The notes below the pieces were generated by a model, which saw only the letters and a program-made list of their open reading frames with translations, was not told the origin of the DNA and did no database searches. A stretch of DNA of 64,000 bases from Chlorokybus atmophyticus (taxonomy: Eukaryota; Plantae; Mesostigma and Chlorokybus algae): positions 573,114-637,113 of the forward strand of contig RHPI01001965.1 in the NCBI GenBank assembly GCA_009103225.1, read 5' to 3'. How positions within the stretch are numbered: position 1 is the first letter of the stretch; each line of letters opens with the position of its first letter. Positions 1 to 12,597 of the stretch are shown one piece after another. The position numbers and the translations under genes are program-made.

Positions 1-1746
1 GCATTCTGCAATCGCAAAAATCTTCAAAGTTGTAATGTGCATAGTAAGACGTTAACGTCACTGTGACAGCAAGTAGCAAGCTGAAGACTTACGCAGCACT
101 TCAACTTTTTTTAAATAACGTTGTATGTTAACATTATGCGATGTGCGTGTAACGATACCACTCACTTACTTGCTGGTCGGCTTGGCACAGGTTAGCTCAA
201 ACATTAAGGACTTGTAGATGGAATTCCCACCAATGTCGACGATAATCAATGATGCCGCACCTCGTAGGGGCAATTGCAGCTCAGCATCAAGAGAGGAGAG
301 GATGAAAGCCAACCTCTCCACACAGCTCCAACCCCCAAGCGCACACTTGCTCAACACACCCACGACACCACAACACCACACCCTACAAGGGATGAGGGGG
401 GAGGCCCCTTCAATAGCCAACAACCAAGCACCCCATGCACAAGTGGCCCTCTTGCAAGGTGAACACACTAATGTCTTCATCAATACTGATCCAATCCCTA
501 CTCAAGGATGCAACTTAGCATTTATACCACATGTTGCTCTCCTGCCCTAGCACACACGATGTCCAAGGCCACCCAGGCCTTGGCACCATGCGTTGACCTT
601 GTTACAACACTAGAACTAACAAACTCCACCTCGGGAGTATCGGACACCCCGAATTCTCACAGGAATAACAATCCTACCTTGGAAGCAATACACAGGCTTC
701 CGTAGCACATATGTACTTGCGGATTGCCCACAGGCACCACTTGCCTTGCGATTGTCACACATGTTGCAAATCGCACTACCGCAATACATGTCCTGTGGTT
801 TGCCAACTTGGCTTTTTAGCTTTAAACCGTCACTTCTTGTGGCAACTCATAATGCAATAACAAGGGCTCACATGCAATAGGCATTAACCATCTCTGTGCT
901 AGCCCTCATTAATGCCTCGTACAATTTATCATCATTCAAGGCCCTCATACGCACAAGAGCAGACCTACAAGAGAGCATACCCCATAAGCACTACACTTGC
1001 TTATAGAAAGGAGTCCCCACTGAGTCTCATCTCTCTAGCAGAAGTATGCAAAAAGAAATGACTTTTGCCAGCCCTACAGGCGTGTCAATGCGCGTTAAAT
1101 TTATTTATTGCTTGCTTTTATTGATAATGTGTCGCATGAATGCGCGCAATTCTCGTTATGTACCGAATAACACCATGTCATTACTGGTATCCATGCAATT
1201 ATCACTAACAATTATCATCATAACCGTGATAGGTTTGAGCTCATATATTGATCGTCAATTCACAATGACAATCAATATCAATTCTATATTGAGTGCAATT
1301 GCTTCACACCCGGTGTACATACGGACAAGTAGCAAGCTTGTGTGTGGGCACGCAGCAGCATATACAACATATAGCATAAGTTGCGTGCTGTGCTTTGCAA
1401 GTTGTTGCTTCCTCGTTGCTGCTTGCTGGCTTAAGTACCCGATTATCTCGTGTCTTGACCTGATTGGTTGTTTGTGACTCTACCTTGGCCCCAACATAGT
1501 TTCAAGCTTGATTGTTTGCTACCTGCACTTGTTCCGCTAGGTACTTGTTACATGTAGTTTGCAACATGCAACTCTTGTATGCTCTGTTCATCATGCTACT
1601 TTGCAATACACCTCCATATTGAAAGCTAGTCTGATATCGACCGAAGACCTCACCAAATTGTCCAAACACCCTCACAACACATCAACATCGCATTGTAGCT
1701 GAGCTACATGCTGGCTTGTCATGCAACCGAATGCGCCATGTGCATG

Positions 1747-3059
1747 CTATGTGGAGTGCAGCGCCAGCACGTTCTCCACAATAGTCCCAACCAGTGCCTT
1801 CATTGCAACCTGCGAGAAAGCAATAAGCTGCAAGCCCTTGTCACCTTGGCTTGTGTCTAATGTGCAGATTGCAGATTACTAAAGCAATCCTTCTCACCAT
1901 GTCATGCGACTTGAGGCCAATACAAACAAGCAGCGGCTTCGTATACCCCTGTTGACTGCCAACCAAACGGGTATATAGAGCTTGCAATCCTTTCAACACA
2001 TGTATGTAGGTATGCAGATAGACAGGCTTGAGATGAAAGCAGAGCATGTGTGGATTGTGCGCAACACCTGCATACCTCAGCACGTCCGCCAGGTGGCGAG
2101 TAAATGCTGTAAGCGTTGGCTGAAGCCGTTGAACGGGAAACAAACAAATAAAATCAGCAAGCAATGTATGCGTGTGTGCTTGCGCGCGTGTGTGCGCACG
2201 CATGTATTTAGGCATGCACAAAGTTCGAACGCTCAGTGCTCAACTGCACATCAGTATTTGCAGCGAGTCTGCCTACCTCATCGCGCTTGCCGAGAAGGAC
2301 AGACACGTTGAAAGACTTGGCGCCGTCTTCGGTGCGCTCAAGCCTTGGGTATAGGCCATAGATGTGTGTTTCAATGAGGCAGTAGCTATAGAGTGTATAT
2401 GTTGCTATCACAAATGGATCAGCAGTGCTGTCAACGACACCCTACCTGGCTTGCAGTATGGTGCCAAAAGTTTCCACTTGCGTTGCTACAATCTGCGGCA
2501 CAGGTAGTAGCCGTCAACGTGGGTGCAACACCATACTGAGTGCACACCACAATCATTGCAAAACAACCGCATGCATGCATAGCCACAAGCAAGATGAAAG
2601 CCCAAGAACAACTGTAAGTCTGCTGGACTAATGACTCACAATGTATTGTGTGAGTAAGACATGTTGTCATATTTTCACAACCTGACGTCAAAGGAACAGC
2701 ACATACACACGCAGTAAGCACGTCCCAACAAGCAAGCTCATATACTTACCAGCAGGCGGTCTTCAAAGAACGACAGCAGAACAGTAGTAGGCGTGCCCTA
2801 CACTCACAAAGAGAAAGAGAGACACAGCGGGTTTGTCTCTGACCAAGTGGTATAGACAATTTCACCATTGCCGGTGTTATGTGAAACTTTATGCCAGCCT
2901 CATGGCAGCAAGAGAGTACCGGTATAGCAACAGTAGCCAAAATAGTAAGGGATTGGGTTAGGTTTGTAACAACACACATGCCTCCAGGTCAATGGACAGC
3001 TCGCTGGTTTTCACCGGTAACGTCCCTCCCGCAGCCGACAACAACGCCGACTCCGCCAT
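1747..3059 (-). CDS. PSMG3: Proteasome assembly chaperone 3 (PAC3/PSMG3), multi-exon
   Basis: Spliced model: MAESALLSAAGGTLPVKTSELSIDLE|GTPTTVLLSFFEDRLL|IVATQVETFGTILQAR|LERTEDGAKSFNVSVLLGKRDE|PTLTAFTRHLADVLR|..KPLLVCIGLKSHDM|VAMKALVGTIVENVLALHST*. Matches plant PAC3 motifs as recalled (VIATQIGxMGTILxAR; FxVSVxxGKRDEP; PLVLSLGLK). Intron 1 needs a GC donor at 2981. Confidence 0.85.
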
Positions 3060-4100
3060 GCATGCGCGGTGCTGCTACACTACCAGGGTCTGTTAGATAG
3101 CGATGGCGTCCAGATTTAAGCTTCTGCTCAACATGTCCACATCGAGGCTTTCCAGTTTGGATGCAGTGTGCACTTCAAACTGTAAGCCTTGTATTGTTGT
3201 TTGTTACAGTGTTGATTCATCACGTTGCATGCATGCAAGTGCGGACCACCTGACTTAAAACGGTAACATCATTACATCACACACATCACTTTGTTCTCAC
3301 AGCTGCAAGCATCATACAACCTGCACTCTTCAGCGTTGTACCTACGGCTATCTGCGCTGCTCGCTTCAGTCGCTGACCTCTGCTCATCTGCGCTGCATGT
3401 GCATATACCCTGCATGGCGCTGGCCTTCTTGCACTTTCCCTCGCATGCCCGCTTTCATGCAGCATGCATCGCACATAGGGCAGCCTCCTGTTCTTGGAGT
3501 GGTATAGCATTGTATTCATGTACTGTCTCAGTAGCTGCTTGTCATCGTCATTTGCTGTGCTGCTTGTCTGCCTCTGCTTGTGTTTCGTTGCTATACCCCC
3601 TGTGCAGCTTAAAGTTTGGGCAATCTGCTACGCAAAAAGCAGCAACGATACAGCAGCCATCCAGCAAGCATCTGCTACTACTGTTGGTGACCATGCATTA
3701 CTGTTATGTGGACATACGCTTGTGCCTTACTGTACTACAACTTCACGACTGCATTGCGTAATCATAACAAACAGTGCATTACACGGGCACAGTGTGAAGC
3801 CCGTCGGCTCCTTCATCTCTACAACACTGTAACAGCATGGCATATCACTGAGGACACGTGATGATGCCATGCTCGTGGCGCAGTGACGTCTGTGACAGAG
3901 TATTGCACGCAGTATCACGAGGCAATATCACACACTGACACATGTTGGCACAGCATGCACCGTGACGTACAAGCATGCATGCTCCATTGACGGACTGCGA
4001 GCACTGCTAAGTGCTGCACAGCCGCAACATCATGTGAGATACATCATATCTTACATGCGAACTGCAACCGACTGCTCTGGCAGCAAGTTGATAGGCTGCT

Positions 4101-6365
4101 TCATCTGAACAAGACGGGTGCCAGAGTCATGGATGCGTCCGCTCCATGCTGTTGATGACCTAAGCTAGACGTGAATCTTGTAAACGCGCTACTGTACGCC
4201 GTCACTCTATCTACCAAGTCCGAACCCTCTCGCACGCTCTTGTGGAAAGGCAGCAGCTTGCTGGCTAGTCGCCGCTTGAGAGTCTGCAACTCAACATCCT
4301 ATAACACACAGATATGTGAGTACTACAGGAAGCACTTAGAACGAAACAACTGATGCAAGTGAGACATACCACAGCAGGATGGGTGCCTGGTGCAGGCAGC
4401 TGTGGATGAGATGCAAGCGCGCGTGGGCGCGGTAACAACGCAGGGTCCTCCAAGTTTGGTGAAGTACTTTGAAGCTCCAGCAATGCTGGATGAAGCTGTC
4501 AACACACAACTAATCATGAGCACTTGTATCTTGTACAAACCGCCGAAGGTGTCTAGGCCGCTTTCACATATGCAAGATGACAATGACATTACCTGCCGGC
4601 GCTGTATTTGCAAGTGAGCGGCATCTGACTGGCGCTTTGCCTCCAGCAGCAATCTCAGCTCTTCTCTATTTCTTATCAAATCTCTGCGTTTACAACACGG
4701 GGTTATCATGTGCTCAATGCTCATCACTCGCAGTGCATATTTGGTTTCTGTGCGCAGCTGAACTCAGCTGATTGTTTGTATAATCACACGTACAAGCAAT
4801 GCAGCCAGCATGAGCAACCTTTGTTCAGCTGCACAGCTCCTGCGCAGCTCAACCAGCTGGTCATTGCAGGCCTCCTTTACACGACGGCGCTCCACCTTAA
4901 AACAGCCACTATTAGCTACACTGCATTCAAACTGAGGCGGAGCAGTAGACGATTGTCCATGCTGTCCAAGTTACATTCTGAATGAACACATTCTGGGTAG
5001 ACCCGTCATCGCTTTTGGGTGTTACTCTCAACTTGAGTAACTTCTTGAGTACTCTGCAACAAAGAAGAACATCAACCGTGCATCAGTGTTTACATGCAGC
5101 TAAACTTGAACAGTGCACAGCACTCAACCGCTCATGCTCTTATGCATTTGCCATTGAATTTCCCGCTCCGCAGCATAACACAGGGCTAGCCTAGTTCGGA
5201 ACCAAGTTATAGACTTGCCTTCTTTTCAGAGCCTTGAAGACGCGCTGCAACAGATCCCCTCGACTGCCGTCAATGCCCTCACACACCGTTCTGTTCACAA
5301 CATGTTAGCAGATGCCAGTCATGATGTTTGTACGACACTTGCACACGGCGACATGTGCCGCAACCACATGGGCAAGCATCTCTTGCTGATGACTTACGGG
5401 ACAATGGATTCGAGCAGCGTTAGAACCAGCTCGACAGTGTTGCTGTGGAGCCCATGCTCTCCGGAAGGCAGAGGAGCCTCCGCGGGTTCAGTTGCATCCT
5501 CTGTGTCCCTGAAGACAAGCTCGGGCATCTGCTCTTGTTGCTGTGGTGGGTCAAGTACGGCCTCTGCAGGAGCCATGCTTGAGTTACAACTGTTTGCCAT
5601 TGTGTGGACGCAACACGCACAGTTGAGCAACATCGCGCGAGCATGTAAAAGCACAAATACTCTCGACAGTATGCCATCAAGTATAAGCTGAAGCGCAACA
5701 CATTGGGGTGCATGCATACCTTGCTGTCGGGTGGCAACTGGAGTGAGCGTGATGCGCCGGGCTACTCTATACACGCGCTGCTCAGAGCCAGGCGCTTCTG
5801 CTGACACCTTGGCCTTCTTGGTTGTGCTGCGAGTAGCATGTGAAGGCGGCCGCTTCAGAGAGCTCTTGCCGCCAAGAGACTTGCCAACGGATGACTGCGG
5901 TGTGTGTGCGAGCAGCTTACGCCCAGCTGTCGGCGTATGCTGAAACTGGTCGATAGGCTCCTCTGCAAGTTGAACCGCGGCCGTGACTTCAATGTCTACA
6001 TGAGCAGCAGCCAGCTTCTTGAGCTTCAACCTTCGCTTTATCTTTTGCTTCCTCTCAATGGTCACGTCAGCCTGTCCACGCGTGCTGACTGGGCTGCGCG
6101 GTACAGCCTCTGTTGCATTAACAGCACCCCGCGATGGCTCGATCCGAAGCTTCCGCACAGGTGATGATGCTCGAGCCAAAGCAGCGCTTGCTTTGTTCCT
6201 CTTCTCCTTGAGCCTGGTGCTGGGGTGCGCAACATCTGCTGGAGGGGCTTTCCTGCGGAACAGCTGAGCTTGCTTGTCGCGGCTGGCATCAGCTTTGGTA
6301 TCTTTTCCCACAGGCGCTTGCTGCTGCGCTTTACGCGATGGGTCGCGCCGCTGCGTGACGCGCAC
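4101..6365 (-). CDS. Multi-exon coiled-coil protein with basic disordered N-terminus; CENP-Q/Okp1-like (tentative); 5' end not located
   Basis: Phase-consistent exons: ...ELVLTLLESIVP|TVCEGIDGSRGDLLQRVFKALKRR|VLKKLLKLRVTPKSDDGSTQNVFIQN|VERRRVKEACNDQLVELRRSCAAEQR|DLIRNREELRLLLEAKRQSDAAHLQIQRRQ|LHPALLELQ...PAV|TLKRRLASKLL...PVLFR*. The gene itself is well supported; the product call rests on by-eye similarity only. Confidence 0.6.
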
Positions 6366-7247
6366 CTGTGTATGGAATCATTACGGGAGCTCGACCACAT
6401 GAAGGCCTCATGCATAAGACACAGCAGTGAATGCGACAACACCACAGCCATTCCTTATTGCACTGTACATGCCAATGTGCAGTGCAGTAAGGGTGGCAAA
6501 GCAAGCCATGGCAATTTGAACATACACATTAGAAACCACTCACTCGCTTTATTGCGAACAAGCACAGCATGCAAATCAAGTTGACAACTGAGTGTAACAG
6601 GTAAAGATGCCTGATAGACATTTGCAAGCTAGCGTTGGACAGCAATAGTCTACGGCAACTAACGTCCTGCTCATAATGACATGCCACAACATGAGTGGCT
6701 CTAGTTCAAGGGCAACGCAGCGTACACCCTGTGGTTGCAGTTCAAATGCTTATCTATAGTTATGAAGGTAGCGACAATGCAGTGTGCACTGCAGACTGCA
6801 TGCAACTGAGCTGCAGCGTGCAGCAAGAGTGCTGCTGCGACAGTGCTCACACGCTGTCGCAACATGAAATGACACCTTGCAACCAACATCACCGTCCAAC
6901 TCAACCAGGGGTTGATGACATCCGTTGGTTTATTTCAACCACTGTGACCTGACCTTAGCGCGACCTTAACAGTTGCAATCAACAGTGTTAGGTTAACACC
7001 AACAGATAACGACACCAGCATAACCTAACAGCACCCGTGCTGAACAAGCTGGCAGCACGCCCCAGCGCCTTCACCCAACACCCGCAGATATTTACCATTG
7101 CACCCGCCGTTGCAGCGTTAACTCACACACCAACAGCCATCCGCCCCGTCGCTCTCCAACACCACCACCACCCCGCCACCAACGCCACTAACCCCACCAA
7201 CGCCAATTCCAGCACCGTCACCGCGAAACAAGCTTTGTGGACTAACA

Positions 7248-7256
7248 AAACCCTAA
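7248..7256 (+). promoter_or_regulatory. Telo-box (AAACCCTAA) upstream of TENA_E
   Basis: Exact AAACCCTAA about 115 nt upstream of the first TENA_E ATG; a known green-plant promoter/5'UTR element. A single short motif could be chance. Confidence 0.35.
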
Positions 7257-7369
7257 TTTGCATGTGACGGAAGCGTTTCAAAATGAACAGAAACCTCCGT
7301 TCCGTTAGTTCTAAGCAACTTCTTATACTGTAAGGCATGCATGTAAGCATGCTTGCCAGCAGTGACGTA

Positions 7370-8969
7370 ATGGCGGCGGCTGGCGGCGGCGGAGAAGCTG
7401 GAGGAGGAGGAGGAGGAGGAGATATTGGCAGCGTCGGTGATGGGGAGGTAATACAATGGTTGGCGGAGGCGGACGAGATTTGGCGGCAGGCCGCCGTCCA
7501 GCACACCTTCCTGGAAGCTGTGCGGAGGTGCTGGTTTTGCCACAACACACACGCATAGATATCTGCATGATCTGCATGTAGTGTTTGGCGTGATGGAGGC
7601 TGGCGGCGGCGGTGGCGGCGGCGGCGGCGGTGACGAAAGAGTAGTCGATGGGGTCGGTCGTGCTGTTGGGTTAGTCAGTCGGTGGCTGGCGGAGGAGCTC
7701 AAAGTGTCTCTTGAGGAACGGGATGCTGAACGGCAGAAGGCCGACGTCCAGCATGCCTTTCTTGAGGATGTGCGGAGGTGTGATGCATGCAACCATGTGC
7801 TAGGACTGCCGAGAGTGTTGCTGTGAGTGTGTGTGCTTTCAGTAACAGCGCTGCTTCGTGAAGTCCTCAACTGTGCAGTCTAGCTCAACAGTGCGGCTAT
7901 CTTTCTTCGTGCTTGTGTGTTGGCGCAGTCGCAGTAGAATGAAGTTAGACATATGGCCAACTGACCAGAGACTTGCATTTGCTGCTCTGCAGCATGCAAG
8001 TGTAGTGTAAGTCTCTTATACATGTCTCTCGTGTGTGTGCATGTTGGTATGTATTATGTATTATCTTCGCGTATGTTCTTGTGAGTCCGTCCATCAGTTT
8101 TGCTCATGTACAAGTGCGCGTGTGCAGTGGGACGGTGGATACGGTCAAGTTCAACACTTGGATCGCACAAGACTACGTGTTTGTAACAGAGTTTGCCCGC
8201 TTGATAGCTCACGCAACCGCCTTGGCTCCTGGCACACCGGCTCTCAAAGTGTACTGTTCTGGCGTGGGAGCGCTCAGCGACGAACTGCAATGGTGAGTGA
8301 ATTGAGATCATGTTCATACGCATGGTTGAGAGACTGATTCAGTCATCAGGTTTGAAGCCAAGGCTGCTGAGCGAGGTATTGACCTAAAGGAGACAATACC
8401 GACACCAGCCACAGCGTCCTACTGCGAGTTCCTGCAGACGCTGCGTGGAGAGGGGATCGGGTTTGCCACGCTGGCTGTTGCGGTGTACACTATTGAGAAG
8501 ACTTACAACAGCGCATGGAGCAGCTGTTTGTCGGTACAGCTCAAACTGTGGACAGTGCACATGCGCACGCAAGCACGCATATGTGGGTGCACACGAATGC
8601 GCATACATGCGCACTTTAGCTGTTAAGGGAAACCAGATAAAACGAGCATGGGCTAAGTGTGCACATCCACGCACACGCACACACGCGCGCGTGTACAAGC
8701 ACAGACACGCCTTCACACACGCATCCGCGCACACATACATGCCAGATGTACTTTGTCGTCATCAACCTGTGATCTGTGTTTCATAGGCCGATGGGCCGTA
8801 CCGCGCGTTTGCGGAGCGGTGGGGCAGCCGCGAGTTTGGCGAGTATTGCGAATCTCTGCTGGCGATAGCAGAAAGCGCGGTGGCCGGCTGTTCAGCAAAG
8901 GAGGCCGAAGCAGCTCGGGATGCGCTGGTCAAGGTGTTGGAGCTGGAGGTTGAGTTCTGGCCATTGTGA
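7370..8969 (+). CDS. TENA_E: TenA/thiaminase II family, TENA_E type (thiamine salvage), with two alternative first exons (7370-7527 and 7593-7777)
   Basis: Exons 8128-8292 (GTVDTVKFNTWIAQDYVFVTEF..ELQW), 8350-8533 (FEAKAAERG..YTIEKTYNSAW) and 8787-8969 (RWGSREFGEYC..VLELEVEFWPL*). Motifs match plant TENA_E (WLGQDY, RWGxxxF, VLELEVxFW). Confidence 0.9.
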
Positions 8970-9080
8970 GATGACGATGTTGTAGAACACATACTCTTGT
9001 CTGGTTAGCGTTGTATGTACAATGCTTGGGAGATGAACTCTGCAATTGTTTAAAGTAGACAGCTAGATTGTGTGCGTTTT

Positions 9081-9360
9081 AACGCGCTGTACAAAAGACA
9101 TGGTTGTCAACAATCAGCTTATCATGCAGGTAGTTTAGTTTACTTTAGGTAGTTTAGTTTGGCCTAGGCAAGTGTGCTACTTGGGTAGTTTAGGTGCCAC
9201 TTAGGTATTTCAACGCGCTGTAAACAAAAGGACATGGTTGTCGACAATCAGCTTATCATGCAGGTAGTTAAGTGTAGTTTAGTATGTTTAGTTTCGTTTG
9301 GCTTAGGCAAGTGCGCCACTTGGGGAGTTTAGGTGCCACTTGGGTAGTTTAGTTCAGTTT
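9081..9360. repeat. Imperfect ~130-bp tandem duplication with GTTTAG-rich subrepeats between the convergent 3' ends
   Basis: aacgcgctgta..caaaagacatggttgtc(a/g)acaatcagcttatcatgcaggtagtt occurs at 9081 and 9212, each followed by similar ggc.taggcaagtg..cacttggg.agtttaggtgccactt blocks. Confidence 0.8.
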
Positions 9361-9482
9361 GGCATAGGCACGCAGCTCTTTATGTATGGTGCATTGTGCA
9401 CACACGCATCAATGGTGTAAGGTGGAGCAGCCTGTCAATCTGTAGACAACAACATGGCTGTCCTTCATAATGGCAACTACTG

Positions 9483-11522
9483 CTACTGCTTGGTTCCTCT
9501 GGTGAGAATATGGCGTGCAAAGAATGCTGCGGGGTTGTCAGAGTCGACATCTCGGTGGTTGGGGAAGTCCATTTGCAGCAAATCGGCGTCTAGGTGAGGC
9601 AGATCCCGCTTGATGATGGGCGCAAGGGCGTTGAACACGGCCTCGTTCCCAAGAGGTGCCAGGTGTAGCCCATCACTGTACACACGCGCGTGCAGCATAT
9701 TGATGTGTAGTAATATGCCATGCACGAGCAACACGTGTGGCTGCATGCGTTTGCGTTGCATGTGCGCACGTGCTTGGGTTCGTGCGTGCCAATGTGTAAT
9801 CATGCTTGTACCTGAGATACGTTTGCCAATGGTCAAACTTCTGTATGAGCGACCACGTGTCAAGCACAGGGCAGCCCGTCTCCAACCCCACCGCGATGCA
9901 GGCGGCAGCATACTGTCCCGTGTACGGGTTTGTGCGCTCCGGTATCCCGGACGCCAGCTCGCCATACATTTTCCTAACAGAAAATGGCAGGACTGTTGGC
10001 TTGCAACAACCCAAGATTGCTAGAAACAACAATAAACTGTGATCTGCACCTGGCATATACTTGACGGCCATCAACGTCAATAGGAGGAGGCGCGATGAGA
10101 AGGACTTGCGTAGTCCCGCTACCGAGTGACTGTACACATACACAACATGCACACATGCTATATGTCTTGAGCTCATCAGCCACATAAAGGATGTTACACC
10201 CTCACAACATGCAAGCCAAGTCAAGTGCACTGACCTTCAAGTGCGCGATGATGGTGCGGAGATTGTTCCTGTACTCCTCCAGCGGCACGTGCTGCCTGCG
10301 GCTGTCGCCATTCGGAAGAGCCGCGTCATTGGCTCCAAAAAACACGGTGACTAAGGACGGTGCATGGGCAGCTGTCTGCAATGTCATGTTGGTGCGTTGA
10401 CACATTGTGCACACGGGCAACACGCCAGCATGCAACGTTGATTATTGGACTCTGGTTGTCACCTTTGGGAAGATTGTGTCCAACAAGAGGACTGCCCAGC
10501 GCGAGTTGTAGCCGCTGAAGCCACGCAACACGACATCTGCCTAATTCATATTGTTGTTGGGCTCAGTCTCAACCAACCAATAGCAAAGTTGTTAGCAATG
10601 CCCATACTGTACCTTGCGTTGGTACAGGTCCTGCAGACGGGCGCCCCAGCCGCCGGGTTGGAAAGATAGCTGCGTGATAGAGTCTCCAAAAAGCACGATG
10701 CGTGGCCTCTCGTCCATGATGATCGCCGGAAGAGGCGGGCGCCCGTCAAATTCTGTGAAAAGCCACTAAGGTGACGATCCAGCGAGACGCTATACGGACG
10801 GACAGAAGGCACGCTGCCACCTCTTGCTTGTGGCATACGCTGTATATATGTGTCTCAGCTGAGAGCAGGGCCACATACGAGCTTGCACATGCGTGGGTGT
10901 TTATTTGCATGGAGCGGCGGCACAACTCTCCCCATCGGATAACTGAACCCTACCTACTGACTGACTATGCTACTGCACATGCAGTGTGACAGTCTTGCAA
11001 CAACATTTGAGAGATTTTGACTAGAACGTTCACTCGCTTAGAAATTCTGTCTATCCTCACTCTAAACAGCGAGGGACGAGACATTGCACGTGTTTCTTTG
11101 CAGCATTCTGCCAGTGCGACTGGGCATTCACAGCAGCAAGCGACTGAATATGGCGCTTTGCTTTCTGTTGTCTACTACTTTTCTGTCATGCGTGTTGTTG
11201 TTCGTAGTTTTTCCGGTGCCTTTGCCAGCTTCCAGACTAGTTGCTAATCATACTTACTGCTTGCTATATTGCAGAAGAGTTGAGCTTCAGCTTTTTTATC
11301 CTGGCTACATGCACGCACAGCAACAACAGTACATACATCGCGGGCGCAGTGTGTAAGTTAGTAGAACCAGTCGCACTCACCTGGCGGTCTTCTTAGTAGT
11401 GCCCTCAGCAGCAGCAGCGCTAGCGCGGCGAACGTCAGCAGCGACAGGGGGCGCAGGTAGGCGCGGCCGGAGCCTCGTCTGCTTGCGGGGCTCCGCTTCG
11501 GACTGCTGCCGGGCGTCCTCAT
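9483..11522 (-). CDS. SGNH/GDSL esterase, IAH1/CPRD49-like, with N-terminal transmembrane anchor exon
   Basis: Catalytic blocks IVLFGDSIT, RGFSGYNSRW, FFGANDA and SDGLHL, plus PERTN and the C-terminal MDFPNHRDVD. Exon 1 (11522-11381, MRTPGSSPKR..LSLLTFAALALLLLRALLRRPP) splices in phase (g|aa) to EFDGRPPLPAIIMDERPRIVLFGDS. Confidence 0.88.
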
Positions 11523-12385
11523 CCACGCATTGAGGAGGGGGAGAAGTATCTTTACGACAAGCACTAACCAACTGACTGACTACAGGTGGAACAACAGCTG
11601 CTGTGGGGGAGCAGGTCAAGTCAGGAGTGTGCGTGCAGGTGCAGCGATTGTGGATCCTAGAGTGTAGGTAAGCTGGAACCTGTGTACTTATGTGGTTTGC
11701 CTGCCCCTGGACAGACAATGTGTGGCAAAATGTGTTTGTGCGAGCAGCTGCCCGTTTGTTTTGGTCGCGGCGGTGTGCAGATCAAGCTGCTCGCTGTGGG
11801 GTTGCCTGTGCTAATAATGTTGTCTAAGGAGTATGTCTGCTGTAATATCTGACGTGCATGCAAGCTGGCATGGCAGTGTCTGGCCTCGTCCTCCCTGAGG
11901 AGGCAGTTACCCACACCACCGCCGCCGCTGCTTGAGTGCACCGTTACGCCCCAGATCTAGCTAACGTTATGACTGATCAAAACGGTAGCGAGAACATGCG
12001 TTTGCCCGTTCCAGTCGACATGCGGTGACCCCCGTTCCTTGCGCTATGTAACGCTCCAAGCAGCAGCAGCTGAGGGAAAGCGTCAATCACCTGCTCATGC
12101 CTTGGGCGTTTATACGCGGCTGCTCTATTCTGTCACACACAGACTTGGTCGCATGCACTCGCTGTGTGTTGATTTCACGCACTCCACCAATTGTTCTCCT
12201 ACGCACTTAGGCACTCCTGTACTCGTTCACTCGGTCACCCACTTGCCCACTTCACACACACCAAGCGCTCAGTTACCATCACTCACTTCCTCTCGCTACA
12301 CCGTCTCTCACCCACACATCCTCAACGCTGCGGCAGCCTCACACCCCCACTTCACCACCACACTCTCACCCCACCCCTCCCCGCC

Positions 12386-12535
12386 ATGGACTGGTCCGCC
12401 CTGTTCGCGGCGTCCTCCGTGCGCCTGGACCGTTTGGTGGCCCTCCAGGGCAGGCAGGGAGGTGACGTGGGCAGATTCTGTGCTAGCATGCGGGTGCACG
12501 GGTTCTGTGTCGTCGACGTGCCGAGCACGGTAAGA

Positions 12536-12597
<62 letters not shown>

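Noticed and set aside
166-1100. Stop-interrupted coding-like frames on the minus strand, with a donor at ~166
   Set aside because: No family recognisable; possibly a decayed element or an exon of an off-window gene.
3057-3180. In-frame TAA/TAG between coding-like segments hinted at a TAR=Gln genetic code, as in some ulvophytes
   Set aside because: PAC3, the esterase, the 2OG oxygenase and PEX6 end in TAG at the expected C-termini, and conserved exons contain no in-frame TAR.
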